Of a DNA stretch of 64,000 nucleotides, positions 48,483-60,400 are shown one piece after another; within the stretch, counting starts at the first letter, position 1; each line of letters begins with the position of its first letter. Below the pieces are notes generated by a model. That model was not told the origin of the DNA. It did no database searches and saw only the letters and a list, made by a program, of their open reading frames with translations. The position numbers and the translations under genes were made by a program. This DNA is from Podarcis muralis (Eukaryota): contig NC_135667.1 in NCBI RefSeq assembly GCF_964188315.1, forward strand, positions 12,710,001-12,774,000, read 5' to 3'.

Positions 48483-49900
48483 CTATGAGTGCTATGCACA
48501 CGAGACATCTCTGGTGATGATCTATCTGCTCCAAAGGCTGACCAGCAAGTCAAGAGTAAATAGAGCGTGTGTTTGTGTGTGATTAATTGCTCATTCTTTT
48601 TGAAAGGGGACTGCATTAATTGGTGCCTTATCTGCTCTTTCTGCTCTTGGGGAGCTAGAGAAAAAAGTAATTATTTGTCACTAAGGAACATGCTACACAG
48701 CAGTCCACAAGGGTGCACTGTGTGTTGGTTTGACTTCTGGTTTGGTTTCCTGGGTAGATGGCAAGGGATCAAAAAAGGTGGTAAGAAACAAGGGTTTGAT
48801 TCCCCCACAAGTTTTCCAAATGTGTGATCTCACCACCTCCAGCAATTGAATAATATCCCACTGTACCTATCAGGAAGGAAGGAGGGAAGGACATGTTATT
48901 AAGTGGATGACAAGATTAGCAAGTTAATTTGTGGCTATACTATTTCCCAAGTGCTCAGGCAGTCCACCACCAATATTACATGTGCCTTTAGGAACATGTG
49001 TGCATACATGATACACCCATGAACCCCAAAACACACACACGTGAGAGGTGGATATGTTGTGGGAGTCAAACACATGATGCCTTGAATGTGTGCCTAAACA
49101 ATTCCAAACCAAGAAATTCACAACACAGAGAATTTCAAAAGCAAACTTTTATTACACTGTGGTCTTGGAAAAAAGAGATCTCAGTTGTTACAATCTAATC
49201 AGTGCAATGCAGTACAGTCACAGGTTTCTTTTAATCCTAGTACCCCAATACATTCACACTCCTAAATCTAAAGAAATAAGTGTCATTTAAAAGGACAAAA
49301 CAAAATGATTGAGCATAACCCTTAGTTATAGAAACCCCAAGAAATTAGAATAGAATCCAGTGACCTGTGTTGGACTTACAGAGGTATAAGTAAAGAAAAG
49401 TCAATTTTGGATTTCCCCACCCATCCTTCTAAGAGTGGAGAAAAGTCCACAAGGAAACCTCCCTTCAGTATGGGCTTCAAGACTGTTTCAAGTCTGTTTC
49501 AATGTGTATTGAAACAATTAATTTCTTGTTAGTAGCATCTTGGTTTGTTCCTATATCTGACCATATATTTACTTGGACTCTAAATTAAGACTAATTCAAT
49601 ATTAACCCCACTGCACCATAAGTTGATTTGGGTCTGCATCCTGGCTGGCTTTCTTCTGGATCTTCCCAGGTTGGGGGGCAAGGGTGGAATTTTGCACAGC
49701 CTTAGAATTTGTGCAATTTCTTGCCTCAGGTATCAAAATAACTCGAACAGTCACTGGTACCCAAAGCTCTGTACAGACTGGGGCCTGGATACCTGAATGA
49801 TAATCTTATTCCTTCTGTACCAACTGGTCGTTGCAGGCAGGGGGGACCTGTGGCCCTTGAGATAGAAAAGTCTACCTAACTATGAAGAGTCTCTTGTCTG

Positions 49901-50080
49901 CAGTGGTGTAGCGTGGGGGGTGCAGGGGGGGCCAGCCACACCGGGCGCAACATCTGGGGTTAGGGCAAATCCATGGGTTAGGGGGTGCAAATCCACAGGT
50001 TAGGGGGTGCAAATCCACGGGTTAGGGGGTGCAAATTACTTGCCTTGCCCCGGGTGCTGACAACCCACGCTACGCCACTG
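49901..50080. mobile_element. Second copy of the TTAGGG-repeat hAT MITE
   Basis: Same TIRs; perfect TSD CTTGTCTG. Confidence 0.85.
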
Positions 50081-50166
50081 CTTGTCTGTGCAGACATTTT
50101 TATTTAGACAAAGCTACACAGATGTATAGAAAGTTTGTATGAGTTGTAATTCATTTTAGTCTATTC

Positions 50167-50490
50167 CATGGGTAGGCAAACAAAGGCCCGGGGGCTGGAT
50201 CCGGCCCAATCTCTGTCTCAATCTGCTCCGCGGATGGTCAGGGAATCAGCATGTTTTTACATGGATAGAATGTGTCCTTTTATTTAAAATGCATCTCTGG
50301 GTTATTTGTAGGGCCTGCCTGGTGTTTTTACATGAGTAGAATGTATGCTTTTATTTAAAATGCATCTCTGGGTTATTTGTGGGGCATAGGAATTTGTTCA
50401 TTTTTTCCCCTTCCAAAATATAGTCCAGTCCCCCACAAGGTCTGAGGGACAGTGGGCCGGTCCCCTGCTGAAAACCTTTGCTGACCCCTG
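50167..50490. mobile_element. Same hAT MITE family, with an internal duplication of about 65 bp
   Basis: TTTTTACAT...TTATTTAAAATGCATCTCTGGGTTATTTGT occurs twice (about 50255-50310 and 50324-50380). Confidence 0.75.
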
Positions 50491-50604
50491 GACTCTATTG
50501 TGGTTTAAACCTTCTGTTTGTTTTAAATTATGGTTGTAAAAGTTTTATTGAAGATTTATCATTTTTTGTAAAATGGATTTAGACAATTAGTTTCCTGGAA
50601 CTGG

Positions 50605-50770
50605 TCTATGACCACCCAGTCAAAAACCTTGCCCTGGAAGGGGAGATTAGCAACTGGCCAGTAGATTTTCTGAATCCAGTGAGGGTTTCTTGAAGAGTGG
50701 TATTACTACTGCCTCTTCAAGCAGGCAGGGACCATCCCCTCTCAGGAGGAGGCATTCATTATCTCCCTGG
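50605..50770 (-). mobile_element. Degraded L2/CR1-type reverse transcriptase fragment
   Basis: Frameshifted translation resembles EAVVIPLFKKPSLD...WPVANLPFQGKVF. Confidence 0.6.
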
Positions 50771-51812
50771 CTCAGCCACCTATCCCTTCCTTGCTAGTTT
50801 TTATCATCCATGTAGAGCAAGGATCCAGAATACAAGTGGTCGTCCTGATTGATCCAAGCATCTTGTCCACTTCCACAGCCTTACTAACTAAAACTCATCC
50901 AACACAACAGGACTATACAGTGCTCTGGACACTACATGAGATTCATTTGCTATAACAGCAGAGTGAAGATCCCAGTGGATACAAAATAAATCACTGCATA
51001 TCACACTTATATTCTAAAAAGCTATCTGTGGCAGAGCATTCAGCTGAGAACAGGAAAGTTTAATTCTGTTACGTACTGCTTACCTTCTGGAAGGTGCTTG
51101 CATAGGAACATCCTGAAACCAGCTGGAATGAATGCCGAGTGTTCTGATTCACCATGGCATTCTACACAGGGAACACACCCCTGCAGCTTACCCACCTATA
51201 TATAACCTTAACCCTCAACTCCTGATGACTTGTGGTGGTCCAACTCAGTACAGGGCAATCTGAGACTATCTCATCCAGATACAGCCTAAACCCAGATTGC
51301 CCCAGTCTGGTTCAGCCTTCAGTCAAATTCAGGACAAAGCCCTAACAGAGATGTCTACTGTACCCTTACGCATCACTAGCCATCTAGTCCAACATCCTGA
51401 TTTTATAGTGGCCAGCCATGTCTAGGAGAAACCTACAAACACAACATGAGCTGAACAGCATTCTCCCACTCATGTTCCCCAAGTAATTGGTATTCTAGGG
51501 CATATGGCCTCTGATACTGGTAGTAGCATAGCCATCAGGAGTAGTAGCCATTGATATACTTAACCTCCATTAACTTGCCTAAACAAGACCTCCAAGTTGA
51601 TGGCCCTCACCTGTGCTAGCAAATTGTGTTGTTCAGGTGTGAGTTGTCTAAAAAAAGAATGTCCTTTTCAGCTCCACTGGATGAAGAGGAGAACCACCTC
51701 TCATCCACTTTCTGAACACTGTGTACAAAATGCTAGAGATGCAGTAAATTAAATAACTAACAATGTTCTGCTCTTTTGTGACACAGAGAGGAGCACCTCA
51801 TGCTACCTAACA

Positions 51813-52766
51813 TCAGGGCTGGCCCTGAGAGGAAACCTGCCTAGAAAACCTTGAGAGCAGACGTCCAATGGCAGCCTTCATCTTCTTGTTCTTCAAAGCA
51901 TAGATAGCTGGGTTCAGCAAGGGGGTAATGGAGGTATAGAAGACAGAGAGCATTTTATCAATCATGAACTGGGTGGATGGACGTAAGTAAATGAACATAA
52001 TGGGCCCAAAGTACATAGTGACCACAATGAGGTGAGATGTACATGTGGAGGTAGCCTTGGTGGTTCTTTCAGAAGAGGACCGGGATCGGATTGTGTAGAA
52101 AATGAATCCATACGAGAGAAGCAGGCCAATAAAACACACCAGTGACAAAATGCCACTGTTGGTGACCATCATGACCTCCAGGGGGTAGGTGTCAGTGCAG
52201 GCCAACTTGATGACCAAGGGGAGGTCACAGAAGAAGCTGTCCACTTGATTGGGTCCACAAAAAGGCACATTAATGATGAAACCCAGTTGCACAGTAGCAT
52301 GGAGGAACCCACCAGCCCATGAGGCAAGGAGAAGTGCCATGCAATGGTGTCGGTTCATGAGTGAGGCATAGCGGAGAGGATGGGAGATGGCCACATACCG
52401 GTCATAGGCCATGACTATCAGCAAAAGCATCTCACTGCCTCCAAAGAAATGGATGAAGAAGATTTGTGCCATGCAGCCATCAAAGGAGATGGCTTGGTGT
52501 TGAGCAATGTAATCAAAGAGAGATTTTGGGATGGCAAAGGAGGACAGGCAGAGGTCCAGGAAAGCCAGTTGACCCAGCAGAAAGAACATGGGTGAATCTG
52601 AAAGGTGGTGATCCCTGAAAATTGCTGAGGAAATAAGAATGTTGCTGAAGAGAGTAGCCACATAAAGGACAAGGAAGAGGATAAATATGAAAAGTTGGGC
52701 TTCCCATGTTTCATAGAGGCCCAGCAGAACAAACTCAGTCACCATTGTCTGGTTTTCCCACATCAT
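51813..52766 (-). CDS. Olfactory receptor, family 4 (OR4K/4F/4Q-like), 317 aa, intact
   Basis: MMWENQT start; same motif set; close paralog of the 44645 and 58194 genes. Confidence 0.95.
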   Translation of the reverse strand: MMWENQTMVTEFVLLGLYETWEAQLFIFILFLVLYVATLFSNILISSAIFRDHHLSDSPMFFLLGQLAFLDLCLSSFAIPKSLFDYIAQHQAISFDGCMAQIFFIHFFGGSEMLLLIVMAYDRYVAISHPLRYASLMNRHHCMALLLASWAGGFLHATVQLGFIINVPFCGPNQVDSFFCDLPLVIKLACTDTYPLEVMMVTNSGILSLVCFIGLLLSYGFIFYTIRSRSSSERTTKATSTCTSHLIVVTMYFGPIMFIYLRPSTQFMIDKMLSVFYTSITPLLNPAIYALKNKKMKAAIGRLLSRFSRQVSSQGQP

Positions 52767-53125
52767 TCCCTTCTTGCATATCACTGTGTCGACTGGGAAG
52801 GGAGAAAGGAGACAGTAATGAGATACTTCCATCACAGCCTTATGTTAAATCAGGAAAGGGTGTATCCGTGTGTTAGCTGCTGTTATTCTTGGCTGGGGTC
52901 TGAGTGCTCATGCACACTTCCATTTCCCCAGCCATTTTACCTGGGAAAACCCGTATTTTAGCACTGAACCATGACAAACAGCGATAGGGTTTTCTGTGGA
53001 TTGCTATTTGTTGCAATTTGGCACTAAAGAGCGGGTTTTCTGGAGGATAGCAGCAGGGCAAAGGCAAAACCACTTAGACACATGCCTAAAAAGCATGGGA
53101 GAAGCAGAAAACCACCTGGAAGTGG

Positions 53126-53128
<3 letters not shown>

Positions 53129-53173
<45 letters not shown>
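53129..53173. repeat. (AC)n microsatellite
   Basis: Read directly; similar tracts at about 35274, 55559 and 57068. Confidence 0.95.
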
Positions 53174-54954
53174 ACGTACATTGAGTCAGACCATTGGTCC
53201 ATTTAGCTCAGTCTAGTCTACACTGTCTGGCAGGGGCTGTTCAGATCTTTAGGCACATGAACATTCACAAACCTATCTGGGATCTTTTCAATGTAAAGCT
53301 ATGCTCTACCAATGATTTATTACCCTTCTCCATCTTTTCAGTTCCCCTAAAATATACTGACCTTTTGCCCAATGTTTTGTACATTCACGCACCTCCAACT
53401 CAGCAACGACCCACCTTCATAAGAAGTAGACCACTTTCCAAAATGCAACGTAACCCTGGGTAATGTCTGGAGTATAAGTTTTTGGGACTCTTCAGAGCTA
53501 TAGAAGAGATTGGGGGAGATTCTCAGGGGCGTTACCATCCACAGATGACTGCGGAGAAGAAAGCCTGAGCTGCCTAGTGCTCTCACACAGCTCTTGACTT
53601 AGTGGCCGCTCCACCACTAGGGTGGGTGTGACAGAGACCGCATGCCAGGATTCTGGTTTCAGACCTGAGATGCTTTGAATGTACCCCTTTGGTCATCTTC
53701 ATAATTGAACTGCATCTGCTCTTATTGTGTTGTTCAAAGGTTTACCTTTAAAAACCATCCAACTTAGCGGCAATCACTGACTCCTGAAGTACTTTCATCT
53801 GCCCTGAATGAACTTCATTGGTGTTTTCTGAAAGATTATTATTATTATTATTATTATTTTGGTATTTCTCAGGGTTCCTGTTTTGGCTGCAGTTCTGTTG
53901 GTGCTAAGATCACTATTAGACAGCACTGTAGAACTTACAACTATGACGGTGTGTTGTGCAAAGTGAAAAGAACTAGCTAGACAGCTCTGGGGTTGCCTGT
54001 GAGATTGATTGCTTCTTTGTATTATGAAAACCAGTAAGAATAAATTATAGACACACGCAAAGACACACAGATCTCTCAGTAACTTCTACCCATGATAACA
54101 TGTTCAGAGGCAGAAGAAAAAATTCAACAGAATTATTAACAGGCCAGATACATTATCATGTCCTGTTTTGTGACCCTATCCAAAGAAGCACCTTTTGGGG
54201 CACTGTCAGAAGACAGATTGCTCAGATAAATGGCCAGAGGATGTACTCTCATGGCAGCTTATTCCATCGCCAATAGAACAATTTTAGTGCTAATTTCCAT
54301 GTTATTTGCTGCCAGAAAAAAAATCAGTTGCAAACTATGGAATTGAGGACTGAACCCACACTATATTTGTCATTTGAAAAGTGTATTTTCCTTCATGTGA
54401 AAGCTCCAATGTAATGTGAAATTTAATAATAAGGAAAACACAAGGAAAATAGAATAAATTGATACGTGTATACAAGTCACAGCCTGATCTTGAATGATAC
54501 CTGATTTCCCAGTTTCTTACAATCTGCCTTAGCAAAGGACTCCACTTCCCTAACCTCAGTATCCCAACAGCATGCTGGGGCTGAACCATTCTAGAGCAGG
54601 CTTTGACCATCTAGCAGAGTATTCTGTCTTCTGGCAGTGGTCAATCATATGCCTACAAGAAACTCACAGAGCATGGATACAGTAGTCCTCTCCCGCTGCT
54701 TTGCCCTGGTATTCAGAGGTATTCCACCTATGGTACTGGCGGTTTTGAATGGACAATTACATCCTAATAATGCTGACCATTCCCCATGCTACCCCTGTAT
54801 CCATCTGTAATCCAGCCACCAAAAGGCATGTAACTCGCTGGAGTAAGAGAGAGAAAAAGAGAACACCAGCAGATGGAAACTGCTGAGGATCTCTTGGAGG
54901 AGCTGTAGTATGCCATTCTTCCCAGAGTTTCACACTTGCATTTTTGAAAAATCT

Positions 54955-55330
54955 TTTTTAAAAAAGGTTTTTATTGTTAAAATAATTCAGCATTAATACA
55001 CACATATTGCGAATATACAAGCATACAAACATACATTTCATACAATCCTTAAAAATATTCAGACATACCTACATTCAGTCCCACAGATAATTCCTTTTCC
55101 CATCCCCATCCACCACCCCTCACCCCACCTTTGTGTTAGACTTCCAATCTACTCAATTGCAATTTCTTTCCACTTCTATTTCTTTCTTTCACACACCTTT
55201 AACCTAATTTCATGCTTCTTTTTCTATTACACATTGTTATCCATCTTATTTAGTTGCAAAACCACATTGAAAAATCAGAACTCCTATTAGAATAAACAAG
55301 TCCCGTTTTAAATACTGAAATACTAAATAA
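54955..55330 (-). mobile_element. Retroposed (L1-type) 3' fragment
   Basis: Perfect 17-bp TSD GCATTTTTGAAAAATCT (54938-54954, 55331-55347); absent from paralogous sites at about 48340 and 63890. Confidence 0.75.
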
Positions 55331-55376
55331 GCATTTTTGAAAAATCTAATACACTTTCAACTGTTTCTTCACCCAC

Positions 55377-55473
55377 CTGCCAATCCCAGCAGATATCCAC
55401 TGAGGTTTTCTGCAGCAACTTCTGTTCAGTTCAGTATCAGCATGGAGCTGCTTGAACCAGTTCCTTCTGCTGC
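55377..55473 (-). other. Predicted non-coding 5' UTR exon of the 51813 OR
   Basis: Acceptor ACTCACAG|GCAGC and donor CAG|GTGGGT; a third paralog has CAG|GTGAGT at 63932/63931. Confidence 0.45.
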
Positions 55474-55556
55474 CTGTGAGTGGTATGGGGATGAGATCCC
55501 TGTGTGGATGAGATCTTTGCTTAAAAGGCAGGATGAACAAGCAAATCAGGTGTAAA

Positions 55557-55608
<52 letters not shown>

Positions 55609-56126
55609 TGGTAATTGTAATTAATTGCTCATTTTCTTCTGATGGGGGCTGCATTTGCTGCTGCCTTATCTGCTTCTCTGCAGCTAATTAGAAAAGTAAT
55701 ACTTTTCAGGTAAGTGTTACACAGCTGATCTCAAGGGTACGTTCTGTGTTATTTTGAGTTCTAATTTGGTTTCCTGGGTACATTGCAAGGGATCAAAAAA
55801 ATGGGGAGAAACTGTGGGAAGATTTTCTCTCCTTTTTCCGAATGTGTGAGCTCACCACCTCCATCAATTAAATGATATCCAACTATACCAATCAGAAGGA
55901 AGGAAGGGTGTGCAAGATATGAAGTGGATAATAAGATTAGGAAGAACATTTTGGGTTATTCCATTTACCAGGTGTCCATTTAGGAACATAAGATTATCTG
56001 CGAACCCCAAATCAGTATAATACTGCTGATTCTTTGACAAAGGTGTTGCAAAGACAACAGACATAATGTACATGAGCAATATGTGGAGGAACAAATTTTA
56101 GTAAATTTACTTACTGAAATAAATGG

Positions 56127-56296
56127 NNNNNNNNNNNNNNNNNNNNNNNNNNNNNNNNNNNNNNNNNNNNNNNNNNNNNNNNNNNNNNNNNNNNNNNNNN
56201 NNNNNNNNNNNNNNNNNNNNNNNNNNNNNNNNNNNNNNNNNNNNNNNNNNNNNNNNNNNNNNNNNNNNNNNNNNNNNNNNNNNNNNNNNNNNNNNN
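56127..56296. other. Assembly gap (170 N)
   Basis: Run of N. Confidence 1.
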
Positions 56297-56435
56297 CCGC
56301 TTTATCACTACCCGAAGGAGTCTCAAAGTGGCTAACATTCTCCTTTCTCTTCCTCCCCCATAACAAACACTCTATGAGGAGAGTGGGGCTGAGAGACTTC
56401 AAAGAAGTGTGACTAGCCCAAGGTCACCCGGCAGG
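56297..56435 (-). mobile_element. 5'-truncated copy of the same Squam3-like SINE; its tail probably falls in the N gap
   Basis: Near-identical to 1280-1420 (TTATCACTACCCGAAGGAGTCTCAAAG...CCAAGGTCACCC). Confidence 0.75.
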
Positions 56436-56799
56436 TAGGCTGGCATTGATGCTTTCTGAACAGCGTCATGGGAATATACTGAGGTCATGTGGATATGTCG
56501 CTTCGATGTCTTCCAGATTTCAGTTCCATATGTTTTTGTACTTCAATTCCTATCAGCCTTAGTTGGCTTGACCAATGGTCAGGCATGATGGGAGCTGTGG
56601 TCCAGCAACATTTAGAGGGCCACAGTGCCCTGCTCTTGTTGTCTGAAGGTGAGCAAATCTTTCCTCCTGAGTAATGGGTGGAGAATATTATGACAAGATG
56701 AGAGAGGTACACTGTGGAAGAGGGGGGTGAAAGTTGCTTCATTAACAGCCAGTGCTTTGAAAATAAAGAAAAACCATGTGGATCCATAAAAAGTATTAT

Positions 56800-57050
56800 T
56801 AAACTTTCTTGGCCTGCTTTTTCTTTATTAAGGAAGGTTATAAAGCTCCACTAATTTTCAGCAAAAGAGTCTGTTTTCTTCTGCTCGTTGCCAGGTGTAG
56901 TGGCTGAGTTAGCTTTTTCACCAAGGCTACATCCCATACTTTCTTGTCCCGGTGTTCCAGAGTAAGCCATTTTGAGTCTTTTCAAGGTTGGACTATTAAT
57001 TAACATTCTAACTGCCATGAGAAGAAAACACAAATATATCTTGGTTTGTT
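56800..57050 (-). mobile_element. Degraded L1 ORF2 C-terminus
   Basis: Translation LLMAVRMLI...DSFAENWWSFITFL resembles the other L1 ends in the window. Confidence 0.5.
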
Positions 57051-57066
57051 ACTATAGCTGACCATA

Positions 57067-57136
<70 letters not shown>

Positions 57137-58193
57137 TAATTCAGTATTAGTACACACCTCCCCCCCCCAATTTGACCAGAGTCTGGATCCTTGATGTGTT
57201 TTCCCTGGGTTGACACAGGTTGGGGTAATGAAAGTGCAAGCCCTTGAATTTGTGCAATTTTCCGCTTCAGCTACCAAAATGGTTTGACCTGCTGTTGGTG
57301 CCCAAAGCTCTGTACAGCCTGGGACATGGATGCCCGAAAGATTGTCTCATCCCTTCTTTACCCAACTGGTCATTACAAGTATGGGAAACTGTGCCCCTTA
57401 TGATAGAAAATTCCACTACTGTTTTTGAATAAAGGGAAAATGTTATTATAGCATAACACACACATACTCTATTAAAAAAACAAAACAATCTGCAGCAGAG
57501 CAATCTGTGTTTTATTTATTAAAAATATTTTTTATTTCATTTTTTTTAAAAAGGAGGAGATGCTGCTTTGCCTTTTCCAACCCCCAACTGAGAGTAGGAG
57601 GGTGAAACAGTCCTTTGAAATATTCCCACCCTCCACCCCACAACTCTAGATGACTCTTGGGGGCCCAGCCCAGCATGGGCCCACCCAGTGCTGTCTGAAT
57701 CCAACTTGGCCCAATGCCATTTTGGCCCAGTTTCATTGAGCCTTCAGCTAAATCCAGGACAAATACAGTCAGAATTGTACAGTTGGAAGAGACCTCGATA
57801 GCTCTCAGTTTCCCTTCCCTAGCAGTCATGAGAACAGCCATGCCGGATGAGCTCAGCAGCACTCTTGTTCCCCAAGCCACTGCGGGTTTACTGCTTCTGA
57901 TACTAGCCATCGTAAGCTTTGTTCTCCATGAATTTGTCTAATCTGCTAAAGATGTTGAAGATGGTGCCATCCCTTGTGGTAGGAAATTTCATTGTTCAAC
58001 TGTGTCCATCTCTGAATAAATAGTTCCTTCTCAGCTCCACTGGATGAGCCCGGGTTTTAGGATTCGGAAAGGAGAAAATCTCCCTATCCACTTTCTCTGC
58101 ACCTTGTATAAACGTAAGAGGAACAATAAATAAAACAACCAATGATTTGTTGCCTTTTGTGACCTGCTGCTGGATGTGGCTGACTCAGGCTGC

Positions 58194-59153
58194 CTAATGG
58201 TGGGGACGGCCCTGAGCGGAAACCTGCCCAGAAAGCCTGGCCAACAGGCTTCCAATGGCTGCTTTCATCTCCTTGTTCTTCAAAGCATAGATAGCTGGGT
58301 TCAGCAAGGGGGTGACACAGGTGTAGAAGACGCAGAGAACTTTATCAATCATGAACCGGGCAGATGGACGCAGGTAAATGAACAAACAGGGCCCAAAGTA
58401 CATGGTGACCACAATGAGGTGAGAGGTGCATGTGGAGGCAGCCTTGGTGGTCCCTTCAGAGGGACCCCGGGAGCGGATTGTGTAGAGGATGAATCCGTAC
58501 GAGATGAGCAGGCCAACAAAAGACACCAGTGACAAAATGCCACTGTTGGTGACCATCATGACCTCCAGGGGGTAGGTGTCAATGCAAGCCAACTTGATGA
58601 CCAAGGGGAGGTCACAGAAGAAACTGTCCACCTGATTGGGCCCACAGAAAGGCACATTAATGATGAAACACAGTTGCACAGTGCCATGGAGGAGCCCACC
58701 AGCCCAGGAGGCAAGCACAAGCCCAATGCAATGATGCCGGCTCATGAGTGAAATATAATGGAGAGGATGACAGATGGCTATGTAGCGGTCATAGGCCATG
58801 GCCACCAATAGGAGCATCTCGCTGCCTGTAAAGACATGGACAAAGAAGATTTGTGCCATGCAGCCATCAAAGGAGATGACATGGCATTTGGCAACATAAT
58901 CAAAGAGGGATCTTGGGATGGCAAAGGAGGACAGGCAGAGGTCCTGGAAAGCCAGCTGACCTAGCAGAAAGAACATGGGTGAATCTGAAAGGCGCTGGTC
59001 CCTGAAAATTGCTGAGAATATGAGGATGTTGCTGAAGAGCGTACCAATGTAGAGAAGGAGGAAGACGACAAATAAGATGAGCTGGACTTCCCATGTTTCA
59101 GAGAGGCCCAGCAGGGCAAACTCGGTCACCACTGTCTGGTTTGCCGACATCAT
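58194..59153 (-). CDS. Olfactory receptor, family 4 (OR4K/4F/4Q-like), 319 aa, intact
   Basis: MMSANQT start; motifs MAYDRYIAICHPLHY, FCGPNQVDSFFCDLPLVIKLAC, PLLNPAIY. Confidence 0.95.
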   Translation of the reverse strand: MMSANQTVVTEFALLGLSETWEVQLILFVVFLLLYIGTLFSNILIFSAIFRDQRLSDSPMFFLLGQLAFQDLCLSSFAIPRSLFDYVAKCHVISFDGCMAQIFFVHVFTGSEMLLLVAMAYDRYIAICHPLHYISLMSRHHCIGLVLASWAGGLLHGTVQLCFIINVPFCGPNQVDSFFCDLPLVIKLACIDTYPLEVMMVTNSGILSLVSFVGLLISYGFILYTIRSRGPSEGTTKAASTCTSHLIVVTMYFGPCLFIYLRPSARFMIDKVLCVFYTCVTPLLNPAIYALKNKEMKAAIGSLLARLSGQVSAQGRPHH

Positions 59154-60283
59154 TCCCTTCGTGCATATCTCTGTAAAAATAGGAAAGGGAGAAAGGCAAG
59201 GGTAATGAGATGATTCCATCAAAGCTTTAGGTAAAATCAGCAAATGATGTATCTGTTTGTCAGCTGCTATTATTCTTGGCTGGGTCCTGAGGCTACTGTC
59301 CTAGTGATTAGTACAATGTCCACAAAAACATCATAGGGTGAGATATGCTGCATTGCACTATTGCTGCATCCAAATCACTATCATCTGTGGCCATTCAGAT
59401 GCTGTCGGACTCCATCTCCTGTCATCCCTGAGCATGCTGGCTCAGGATGATGGGAGTCAAGCATGGATGAGGAATATCAGGTTCAGGGACCAAATTCAGC
59501 CCTCCAGGCCTCTCTGTTGAGGCTTGTGCCATTCCCTCTCTTGTTCTGATTTAGATTCAGAGCTATTAGCATACAAAGGGGGATGAGAAGGCACTCTGGA
59601 CCAGGTCTTGTTACACCAATGGAGCAAAAAAGGAAAAAAATCAATATTTGAGAAGTAGAAAAATTATGTTGCAGAAAGTAAATGAACAAATGAAACTAGT
59701 GCAGGTTCAAAAAGGAGTTGAAATACAAAAGTTAAACACAAAAAACTGAGGCATAGAGACAATAATCATAATAAAAGCAGAGATAAATTATCGTTATTAC
59801 TATTGCTTTTGTTTCAGTGAACCTCTCTCTACTGATTTTCCTTTTGTTTGTGTGTCTTTTGTATTTAATTATGCTAGCGTAGTTTCTAATGGATGGGACA
59901 GGGTGGCTGAGTGTGTGGTCATAGCTGATGATGATATGTGTTGCTTTTCTTCCCATTCACTTTCAACATTTTATTGCCAGCCTCGCCCCGCAATGTTAAA
60001 AAACCCCAAGGATGATATGGTGCTAAGATGTCTGGACTACATGACAATACAAAAGTGTTTATCAGAACTTTGGAAAACACCACCTCAAAAAACCTAACTG
60101 AGATACAGAGATAAAAATGACAAGTTTTGGAGTTTTTGGAGTGAAGTAATTTCCCAACAGATGGTTTATTTTTTTACTTTCTTTTCTTTTTCTTTATCCA
60201 TCCTCTCTCCCCCTTTTTAAAAAAAGTTTTCAGGTCTTTCCTTTATTTTGAGGTGTAGAAACTATACATTATCTAAGTTAATA

Positions 60284-60400
60284 ATGAAATTACTGGGATG
60301 GGGGAATACAAAAGGGTTTAATTCGCCTAATAAAAGGTGTAGGTAAGAAAGATAGTTGAGAAAGAAAAAGCTGATCTTATTTTTCTTCAGAAATTAATTT
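60284..60400 (+). mobile_element. Degraded L1 ORF2 N-terminal (APE endonuclease) fragment
   Basis: Frameshifted MKLLGW-N-KGFNSPNKR ... ADLIFLQ, resembling the SWNVxGLN...LQET motifs. Confidence 0.55.

Noticed and set aside
51067-51347. Second solo LTR (TGTTA...TAACA with a TATA-like tract)
   Set aside because: No target-site duplication (AATTC versus GAGAT); cannot be supported without a repeat search.
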